Positions 12,178-21,197 of a DNA stretch of 33,010 bases are shown here, one piece after another. The stretch comes from Macrostomum lignano (lineage: Eukaryota), in assembly GCA_002269645.1 (NCBI GenBank), contig NIVC01003491.1, positions 1 to 33,010 of the forward strand, read 5' to 3'. The first letter of the stretch is position 1. Each line of letters opens with the position of its first letter. The notes under the pieces were generated by a model, which was not told where the DNA came from, made no database searches, and saw only the letters and a list, made by a program, of their open reading frames with translations. A program made the position numbers and the translations under genes.

Positions 12178-12219
12178 TAGCCAACGCGTTTCGTCAAACA
12201 CAAGACGTCGTCAGGGCTA
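12178..12219 (-). ncRNA. Minimal type I hammerhead ribozyme motif (PLE-associated)
   Basis: Minus strand reads UAGCC-CUGACGA-C-GUC-uuguguuu-GAC-GAAA-CGC-GUU-GGCUA. Stem I is UAGCC/GGCUA, the core is CUGACGA and GAAA, stem II is GUC/GAC, stem III is the palindrome ACGCGU, and the triplet is GUU. It lies about 155 nt downstream of the GIY-YIG stop codon. Confidence 0.85.
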
Positions 12220-12372
12220 ATTCAATCAACCTAAGATCACACCACCATTATATTTAAGCAAAAATCACTGTACAGTCCAGAGGCGGGTCAAAACAGTCCG
12301 GTAGAATTAAGAAAGTGCCAAGTACACAACAAAGTGAGAGAGAGAAAAAAAAATAAATAGGCACGGCTCTGC

Positions 12373-12735
12373 TCACAGTACTCTTAGCTCATGCTCCACC
12401 CCATTGCCAGCAAGCTGCACATTCAGGTTGGGTTTGTGCATTCTGATATACGAAGCTTCGATAATCTTAAGCTTATGGTCAAATTTGCACCCATCCAGCA
12501 CTTTAAAGAGCTGAATCGGTTCACCGTCACAGCATTTTTTACAAACAAGCAGATTGTCATTAATCGCAGAGCTTTTTAGCCTATGTTCCCTAGCTCTAGT
12601 GTGCAGGTGTCGCTTCGTTTTTCCAATGTAGGAAACGCTCTGATCCTCAGAGCAGCGAAATTGGTAAACAACACCAGCCCTTAGAGCAAGTGGAACAGCT
12701 GACTTGAGCCTGCTAGCATAGCGACCTGCTAGCAT
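12373..12735 (-). pseudogene. C-terminal GIY-YIG endonuclease domain of a Penelope-like element (truncated ORF)
   Basis: Translation GVVYQFRC...SYIGKTKRHLHTRAREH...FKVL...KIIEASYIRMHKPNLN matches the PLE endonuclease pattern (VY-x-F-x-C, YIG-x-T-x-R-x-L-x-x-R-x-x-EH, terminal EA-x-x-I...P-x-LN). The apparent start Met lies inside a junctional duplication, so it is probably not a real start. Confidence 0.88.
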
Positions 12736-12739
12736 AGCT

Positions 12740-12927
12740 CCTTGGTGCTAAAGCCCCTGTTGCTGAAGCTCCTCTCTGTTGCTAAAGCCCCTCTCTGTTG
12801 CTAAAGCCCCTGTTGCTGAAGCTCCTCTCTGCTGCCAAAGCCCCTGTTGCTGAAGCTCCTCTCTGCTGCCGAAGCCCCTGTTGCTGAAGCTCCTCTCTGT
12901 TGCTAAAGCCCCTGTTGCTGAAGCTCC
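12740..12927. repeat. Degenerate 15/19-bp minisatellite (TGCTAAAGCCCCTGT / TGCTGAAGCTCCTCTCTGT), right part
   Basis: Same core as 11942-12108; alternating 15- and 19-bp units. Confidence 0.85.
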
Positions 12928-13918
12928 CACTCAAAAAAGTTGCGTCATTTTTGTAAAGCATCCTAGCCACGTATCACCAGGGATCCTCTTGATGAAAGTA
13001 GCGTTGAAGTATCTTTGATGGAAGCTTTCGTTTCCTGGAACCTGCGAACCTTTGGCTAGCGTATAATCGAGGTGAAAAATTTCAGATCTTTGATGCAATT
13101 GTATAAGTTAGCCAAAATAGAGCCCGATCAGAGCTGGAAGACTGCCTTTTCTGTACAGTATGAGTATCCAAAAAATAATTATTTAGTACCGGGGCTTACT
13201 ACCGAATCGTCCAGACTCCATCATCTTGAAACCAGTCGGAGACCCAGTTTACAGTGAGGTTGGCATTACAGCTAAAATAAAAAAGCGAAAAATTGCAAAA
13301 CTGTCAGCATGGAAAACCAGCAAAATCGATCAAAACACGCAAAGCCGGTGTGTGAATGAACTGGAATTTACGAGACACTGGAGACAAAGAGTAGAGAAAT
13401 CTGCAAAACTGAATCACTTTTCATGCAACTTCAAATGGTACATCTCAGCCTAAAAGTAGCCCCCATGTGATAAATTCGATCATGATGTATCAGATAAAGG
13501 TTTAAATGAAAAATACTAAGAGAAGGAAGTACTTTACCTAATGATTTAAGAAGATCGTATTTTTACATGATAAAATAGGCTCAGAAAACAAATGAGTGGA
13601 GCCGCGCCATTTTAAAGGTTTTTGGGCATAGGACATGTACAATTCTACGTAGGATATAAAATTGACATAGAATCCTAATTTTATAAACGAAAAGCTCTCT
13701 CCAAATCACGAGTACTACGAGCTATATGCCAGTTTGCAAAGATTAGACCGTTTTATTTCAAGTTCTCATATCCCAGTAAATACTCGTATTACTTTGCAAA
13801 GATTACTTTGCAGTAGCAGAGGCAATATTCAACATTATAAATAGCAAATTCACACATCAAATTGCAGGTCCTGTAAAGCGCGTCAGTCATTTCACAATAA
13901 ATTTCGACTTTAAGAATA

Positions 13919-16900
13919 ATGGCCAACTCTGGCATTAAGGCTGGCGCCACTGAGACACAGGAAGACAAGCTGCAGGGCTTGCGTGGAGATGTAGAAACTC
14001 TGCTCCGCGTCATCGTGAAAGATCTTCCTGAGGAGTATCGTCAGGCTCGACAACAAAATACGATCACCCATGAGACAGAAAAAAAGTTAGTTGAATTAAT
14101 CAAGGCTAAAGATCCAATCCTCATCCTCAAGGCCAAGCTTTCCCAATCAGAAAAAACATTAGATTTAGAAAGCTTTGATTGTAACAAGCTTTGGAGGAAA
14201 AAATTCGACGAATTCTCCGAGCTCTCCATAATCAACGTGGCTATCGCTATCGACAAAGTGGACATTCTGCTTGAGCTGGTTCTCTCCAGACGGCACGACC
14301 TGCTGCCCGCTTGCATCACTTTGCTTATAGAATTGAGACCGAAAATTGCCTCAAAGAAAGGGAATGAAAAGAAGCTGAAAGAGCTATGCGCTGATGTTTC
14401 GAACTTGGCTATGAAATGCCTTGACGAGCTCTACTCCAGAGCAAAAAAAGAGGGGCAGAAGCAGCTGCTCTTTGGCTACATTAAAGGATCGATTCCGGCC
14501 AATGATCGCGACACCAAAGGCCCAAAGTTCCCATGCCAGCTAGGCGCAAACACACTGAAATATTTTACTTTGTTGGAGATGATAGACATGTGTGGAGAGG
14601 GAGATCTGTACGCCACCGAGTGTTTGCACAGGTTGATCGATGAAGAATGGGACCCGCCTGAAGCCGCTTGTCCGTGTTGTGGAGCGCAATCCAAGAAAGC
14701 CAACTGTAATTGTGACGATGGTCCGACAAAAGGGAAAAGTCACAAGGAATCTAACGAAACTGAAGGCAACGAAGTTCAATCACGTGAAGAAAGTTGCTTC
14801 CTAAATCGACGCGTAAAGCCGAAAATTAAATTTTACGTTCATCTTTTCTCTTTCATAACCTTTAACATCTTCTTCGCCTGGTACATTATGGACTTTCCGA
14901 GAACGTTTCGATACTGGCCAGTAGAATTCATTCTGGCAGCCTATTTCCTGTCCTTTACTTTGCAAGAAGTTCTGGAAATCTGCAAAAGAAGCAGAATCGA
15001 TAGTCTTTACTTGTGCAACTTTAAAGTAAAGTGCCCCGTGTACTTCAAGGATGTGCTCAACCTACTCGACTGTTTCGCCTTGATATTGATGTGGGCTGGG
15101 CTGCTGCTGAAGCTTGCCATCTGGGGCTGCGTCACAGGCGGAAACCGATCCTCGCTATGCAGCGAGACCAACTCAACGGCCTACCAGGCACTCTTCCGCG
15201 GTGCGTCAGCTGATCGAACATGGACCCAGCCGACTCCGTACAGCGCTTACGCCTGCCAGATGGTGCTGAGCACCGCGTTCTTGCTCTGGGGGTTTCGATC
15301 TGTCGCCTTCCTCAGCTACTCGGAGCGAATCGGTCCGGTGGTGTCCATGCTCAGGACTTTGATCATCCAGGACTTGATTCCTTTCTCTGTCATTATTGTG
15401 ATCATATTTTATTCGTTCGGAGTGTTCTTCTTCAACCTGCTGTATCCGGTTGTCACCTCGACCGAAGCTGACAGAAGCATGTCTGACTACAGCTGGCATG
15501 CCTTTCTGCAGGTGTTCATGCTGCCGCTAAACCTGCTCTTCACCAACTTTGACGTTCTTCCCACTGAGACGGCTAAAGATAAGGATCAAGTACTCGGAGA
15601 AGTGGCGCACCACCTTGGTTACAAGTGGTTCAGCAGAGTTATGATGTTCGTCTTCCTGCTGCTCTCGAATATCGTGATGATCAACTTGCTGATCGCCCGG
15701 TTCAGCCTGACTGTCAGCCGGATGGACAGCAAGTCGGTGGAAATCTGGAGAAAAAGAAACGTTGAACTGCTTCGCGAATACCAGAGCTGCAGTCCCGTGC
15801 CCGCGCCGCTCTCCTTTATTCACTACATCTACAAGATCTTCCAGTGGTGCCAGAAGCGGCGGAATAATGCCGTACACCCTGAAAATACCCAAGAAGGCCT
15901 AATCGAGGTAAATTTATTCTTTTTTCGCCACTAAAACATTTTTTGCATAAATTTTCTTGCAATTTCTGAAATATTGAGTCGTAAATACGGGTAGACATAT
16001 ATTGCAATACTGATAAATACATAAAACTTTGTTGTTTGACGTTAGATCCTTCTGCTGCAGACACCGCAGACACTTGCGTCATATATTATACTGTGTGCAC
16101 ATGGGTAGCGGCAAAGCGTCCGAGCCTCTTTGGCGCAAAAGATCAAGGGTTGAATTCCTCCACAAAAGCTATGAATACTGACCAGGCGCTTGGGCTGCTT
16201 TTCATTATTATCGGAAAAATAGCAGGTGGGTTTTTACTCGAAGCGCAACGCCTTTGGTGGTGCCGTCCCGCGACCACCGGTGCAGAGGCAGTTCTGCCCA
16301 CTCTGCTGAATCCTGCAGAGCACATACAAGCGCACCAATATTGTACGCAAGCACGCACTCATATACACACTCACACAGGGTGTACAGCGACCCGGAATTT
16401 CTAATTGCCAGACGTGCACACTCTCTGCCCCCCCCTCACTAGGAAAGTGTGCTTAGTTACGTTTTAATGGTTAGGTATCATGCAAGCATTCTGGCATCTA
16501 CTTTGTGGCCAACTGTCGTCGGCGCGAGGTTTTGATTTTTGTTGTTGTTGTTGTTGTTGTTGTTGTTGGTGTTGTTGTTGTTGTTGTTGTTTTTGTTGCT
16601 GCCGCTGCTGTTGTTGTTGTTGTCGTTGTTGTTGTTGTTGCTGCTGCTGCTGTTGCTGTTGTTGTTGTTGTTGTTTTTGTTGTTGTTGTTTTGTTGTTGT
16701 TTTTGTTGCTGCCGCTGCTGTTGTTGTTGTTGTTGTTGTTGTTGTTGCTGTTGTTGTTGTTGTTTTTGTTGTTGTTTTTGTTGTTGTTGTTGTTGTTGTT
16801 GCTGTTCTTGTTGTAAGATCTTTCATGACCGATTCAAATGTACGCTCGTACTTCTATAATGAATTCAAACAGCAAATTTTAAGTAAGTTTATGTTCATAC

Positions 16901-17199
16901 TTACGACTGTCGCCCAGGAAACATGGTCAAAGAAACCGAAGGACTTGGAAAGTTACGAAAAATACTTGGAATTCCAAACCAAGCACTTGCAGCACATTCT
17001 GTCGCAACAGCAAAGCCGTAAATTCATGCAAGAAGTGATCGACGAGGATGTCAAGAGATACTTAAATCATCTGGTAAAATCCGCCACTCGCGACATGCTC
17101 AGCGACATGCTCAAAGTGCTGCAGAGCTCAGTCGGTACTGATGATCCTGCTGGGCATATAAAAATTTCAGGTGCAAATCAGACGACATCATCTACTTGA
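13919..17199 (+). CDS. TRPM-like cation channel, predicted join(13919..15907,16918..17199), about 756 aa
   Basis: Six hydrophobic segments; an S4-S5 linker (RIGPVVSMLRTLIIQDL); S6 plus TRP domain (LSNIVMINLLIARF...EIWRKRNVELLREYQSCSPVPAPLSFI, like TRPM NLLIAMF...WK.QRY.LI.EY..P.LPPP); and an MHR4-like N-terminal region. A phase-0 donor GAG|GTAAAT (15907/15908) joins a phase-0 acceptor CCCAG|GAA (16917/16918). AATAAA at 17350-17355. Confidence 0.85.
16540..16813. repeat. (GTT)n/(GCT)n trinucleotide microsatellite in the TRPM intron
   Basis: Direct reading. It explains the poly-C/V/L/Q/T ORFs in the track. Confidence 0.97.
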
Positions 17200-17860
17200 A
17201 AGAATAGATCTGATAGTAGGACATTGAGTCGGTTTAAAATATCTTTTTATATCATTCCTTTTTTGCGGACACCAGTTATAACCATGCTCTTTTTGTGACA
17301 TTTTCTTCAATATATTTATCTCCTGCGTTTAAAAAAGTCCTAATAATTGAATAAAGTGGCATGCCAACGTAGACTTAAAACAGTTGGAGCTCAGGTAACT
17401 TCATGTTAGACATGTTAGACTAGGTTTGGAACGTCATTGCTTAGACTGAGAGCGGCAACAGACAAAACGAAAAATTCTGAGCCGTCCTAACATTCTATCG
17501 ATTTGTGTGGAATTGTGGCAGATATTGTGTGATCCAGAGAGATTGTGTGTGACCCTGATCCTATCCTGAGAGTAATCCCCTAAGAGTCCAAGGTAAGTGA
17601 CCTGGATGATGAGATGTTTCATACTACGAGTAAATTCATGAGCCTCTTCACGGCATCGATTCTCGAACCAGAATCGGTTCGGATTTCCAAGAAAAAAAGC
17701 AGTATAACTATTTAACTTTGTTGAATGTTTGACTGCCTTAACAGCCTCACTTTGCACGATTTCTCACTTTCTTCTTGGCTTTTGCCATTCAATAATCACA
17801 ATTTTAAAGCACTGATATCTCTCTAGTTTAGGAGACAAAAAGTTATACTTTACAAATTGC

Positions 17861-17880
17861 TTCTGGTTCTAGAACCAGAA
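17861..17880. other. Perfect 20-bp palindrome TTCTGGTTCTAGAACCAGAA
   Basis: TTCTGGTTCT is the exact reverse complement of AGAACCAGAA. Imperfect extension TTGC(17857-17860)/GCAA(17884-17887). Confidence 0.9.
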
Positions 17881-19088
17881 CAAGCAATATGAAGAGCCTC
17901 CATATCAACTGCTCCGACAAGTTATCGGGACGAAAATATTTTTTCTAAAATTTTTTACTTAATTTGACAATTTTTTTATTAAAGGAAATTTTATCACTTT
18001 GAACTGTAACGCGAATCAACGTGCGAGTTTATATTTTTTTTTATTTTCTATGTAACTGTTCAAGCCGTTACATGCGCATATTAAGCACAAAATATTGCGT
18101 TATATTTAGTTTTGTCACATTGACCTGCTAGCTTCTAAGAAAAACTGTCTTCTAACAAATCTCGGAATCACATGTACTGAATAATTAGCTACTACGTTGA
18201 ACTTTTTAAATTCATCAAAGTGTCTTATCAATCTATCGTGTTGTTGCGGTGTAGATACATTTAGTTTACTAGATATATAGTAGCTAGTGTACTAAGTAGT
18301 TTTATTGTGAATTTTTCGATAACTTTATTAGATTTTTTAGAATTTTTTTATTTTTAGAAGTTTCAGAATTTTTAGATTTTGGATTTTAAGTTTTTTTCTG
18401 CCCTAAAAGAAATCTTTATTTCTTTCGAATTGAATAAACAATGTCACAAGTTATATTGTTATAGCGTACTCATTAGTTGTTAATTACTCATAATATTATG
18501 GTAGTTTGAATATCCTATTTTTAATCAATTACAAAATTATCATATTTTTATCACGATTTGTTTAATTTTTTTTGTTATTTTTTATGCTTTGTTATTATTT
18601 TTTGTTATCGCTACTTTGTTTAAACTAATACAGTCCAATAATTGTAGGCAACATTGATGTCTTATATAAAGCGCACACCTGAAAATAATTATAGACGCAA
18701 CTTTTTTCCACCTTGCTGAATTCGTCTTTTAAATCCTGCGAACTTTTTCGTGCACATCTCTAAAGAGCAAATTTTACTTTTTTGTTAATATCCAAGAAGC
18801 GTGGAGCAGAGTAGAGGCGTGAAAGCCCAATTAGAGATTCAGTGCGTGAAGCAGGAGAAATAGACGTGAATTCTTGGGGATGAAGAGTTGTGAAGACTCA
18901 GGGTAGTAAATATCAAGCCGTGAAGGCTAACAAGTAAGATTAGGACATAGAAAAATTTGTAGACAAAGCCCGTGTACTTTAGGAAAAATTAAAAATATTA
19001 CAAAAGAAGCCGTGAACATTAGGTAGTATATGGCCCACCACAGGACACCACTGCAGAATTTAATTCAGTAATCACGCTAGCGGATGGG

Positions 19089-19646
19089 GAACCGGAAGCT
19101 GAATAGGGATAGGTGAACCGGAAGCTGAATAGGGATAGGTGAACCGGAAGCTGGATAGGGATAGGTGAACCGGAAGCTGAATAGGGATAGGTGAACCGGA
19201 AGCTGAATAGGGATAGGTGAACCGGAAGCTGAATAGGGATAGGTGAACCGGAAGCTGAATAGGGATAGGTGAACCGGAAGCTGAATAGGGATAGGTGAAC
19301 CGGAAGCTGAATAGGGATAGGTGAACCGGAAGCTGAATAGGGTTAGGTGAACCGGAAGCTAATAGAAATAGGTGAACCGGAAGCTGAATAGGGATAGGTG
19401 AATTGGAAGCTGAATAGGGATAGGTGAACCGGAAGCTGAATAGGGATAGGTGAACCGGAAGCTGAATAGGGATAGGTGAACCGGAAGCTGAATAGGGATA
19501 GGTGAACCGGAAGCTGAATAGGGATAGGTGAACCGGAAGCTGAATAGGGATAGGTGAACCGGAAGCTGGATAGGGATAGGTGTACCGGAAGCTGAATAGG
19601 GATAGGTGAATTGGAAGCTGAATAGGGATAAGTGAACCGGAAGCTG
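19089..19646. repeat. 26-bp minisatellite (GAACCGGAAGCTGAATAGGGATAGGT), about 21 copies
   Basis: Direct reading; 26-aa periodicity of the minus-strand ORFs. Confidence 0.97.
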
Positions 19647-19737
19647 GGACAAATGAAGGGCATGAAAATCAAATGGAACTTGAACTTGAACTCGCAGTAA
19701 TCATTGGGCTGTCATAAAAATGTCTTAATTTTTTAAC

Positions 19738-19810
19738 CACCCCAGGAGGGACTCGAACCCTCAACCTCCGGATTAGAAGTCCGACGCGCTATCCATTGCG
19801 CCACTGGGGC
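19738..19810 (-). tRNA. tRNA-Arg (anticodon TCT), copy 1
   Basis: Reverse complement is GCCCCAGTGGCGCAATGGATAGCGCGTCGGACTTCTAATCCGGAGGTTGAGGGTTCGAGTCCCTCCTGGGGTG (73 nt). It has an acceptor stem, D-loop GG, anticodon loop CTTCTAA and T-loop GTTCGAG. A T5 terminator lies at + 19716-19720. Confidence 0.96.
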
Positions 19811-19975
19811 TCTGCAGATCTAACGGTTTCTTTTCTAACTCAAACATATTGTCTTCCACTCCAGCCCATGTACTTTAGGAAATATTAAAAAAGAAGCCGT
19901 GAACGTTTAGTAGCATATGGCCTAACACAGGACACCACTGCAGAATTTAATTCAGTAATCACGCTAGCGGATGGG

Positions 19976-21027
19976 GAACCGGAAGCTAAATAGGGATAGG
20001 TGAATTGGAAGCTGAATAGGGATAGGTGAACCGGAAGCTGAATAGGGATAGGTGAACCGGAAGCTGAATAGGGATAGGTGAACCGGAAGCTGAATAGGGA
20101 TAGGCGAACCGGAAGCTGAATAGGGATAGGTGAACCGGAAGCTGAATAGGGATAGGTGAACCGGAAGCTGAATAGGGATAGGTGAACCGGAAGCTGAATA
20201 GGGATAGGTGAACCGGAAGCTGAATAGGGATAGGCGAACCGGAAGCTGAATAGGGATAGGTGAACCGGAAGCTGAATAGGGATAGGTGTACCGGAAGCTG
20301 AATAGGGATAGGTGAACCGGAAGCTGAATAGGGATAGGTGAACCGGAAGCTGAATAGGGATAGGTGAACCGGAAGCTGAATAGGGATAGGTGAACCGGAA
20401 GCTGAATAGGGATAGGTGAACCGGAAGCTGAATAGGGATAGGTGAACCGGAAGCTGGATAGGGATAGGTGAACCGGAAGCTGAATAGGGATAGGTGAACC
20501 GGAAGCTGGATAGGGATAGGTGAACCGGAAGCTGAATAGGGATAGGTGAACCGGAAGCTGAATAGGGATAGGTGAACCGGAAGCTGAATAGGGATAGGTG
20601 AACCGGAAGCTGGATAGGGATAGGTGAACCGGAAGCTGGATAGGGATAGGTGTACCGGAAGCTGAATAGGGATAGGTGATCCGGAAGCTGAATAGGGATA
20701 GGTGAACCGGAAGCTGAATAGGGATAGGTGTACCGGAAGCTGAATAGGGATAGGTGAACCGGAAGCTGAATAGGGATAGGTGAACCGGAAGCTGGATAGG
20801 GATAGGTGAACCGGAAGCTGGATAGGGATAGGTGTACCGGAAGCTGAATAGGGATAGGTGAACCGGAAGCTGAATAGGGATAGGTGAACCGGAAGCTGGA
20901 TAGAGATAGGTGAACCGGAAGCTGAATGGGGATAGGTGAACCGGAAGCTGAATGGGGATAGGTGAACCGGAAGCTGGATAGAGATAGGTGAACCGGAAGC
21001 TGGATAGAGATAGGTGAACCGGAAGCT
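19976..21027. repeat. 26-bp minisatellite (same unit), about 40 copies
   Basis: Direct reading. Confidence 0.97.
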
Positions 21028-21124
21028 TGGACAAATGAATGGCATGAAAATCAAATGGAACTTGAACTTGAACTCGCAGTAATCATTGGGCTGTCATAAA
21101 AAAAACTGTCTTAATTTTTTTAAC

Positions 21125-21197
21125 CACCCCAGGAGGGACTCGAACCCTCAACCTCCGGATTAGAAGTCCGACGCGCTATCCATTGCGCCACTGGGGC
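21125..21197 (-). tRNA. tRNA-Arg (anticodon TCT), copy 2
   Basis: Identical 73-nt sequence to copy 1; T-run terminator at about + 21098-21105. Confidence 0.96.

Larger units (their letters stand above)
12109..12739 (-). mobile_element. 5'-truncated Penelope-like retroelement (PLE) copy, 631 bp, flanked by the 8-bp direct repeat CCTTGGTG
   Basis: Contains a GIY-YIG ORF remnant followed on the same strand by a minimal hammerhead. CCTTGGTG at 12101-12108 and 12740-12747 looks like a TSD. No RT domain is present. Confidence 0.85.

Noticed and set aside
11960-12970. GAPAT/GASAT repetitive protein ORFs flanking the PLE
   Set aside because: 19-bp units and single-base deletions break the frame repeatedly, so this behaves as a non-coding minisatellite.
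12931-13200. Upstream continuation of the PLE ORF (RT thumb or linker)
   Set aside because: All three minus frames contain stops, the similarity is vague, and the TSD places the element boundary at 12739.
16480-16917. Poly-Cys/Val N-terminal part of the 239-aa ORF, and a GTAAGT donor at 16883 implying an extra TRPM exon
   Set aside because: The first part is microsatellite read-through. The extra exon would need a 35-nt intron and hits a stop in the required frame.
19343-21054. 389-aa and 356-aa minus-strand ORFs
   Set aside because: Stop-free translations of the 26-bp repeat.
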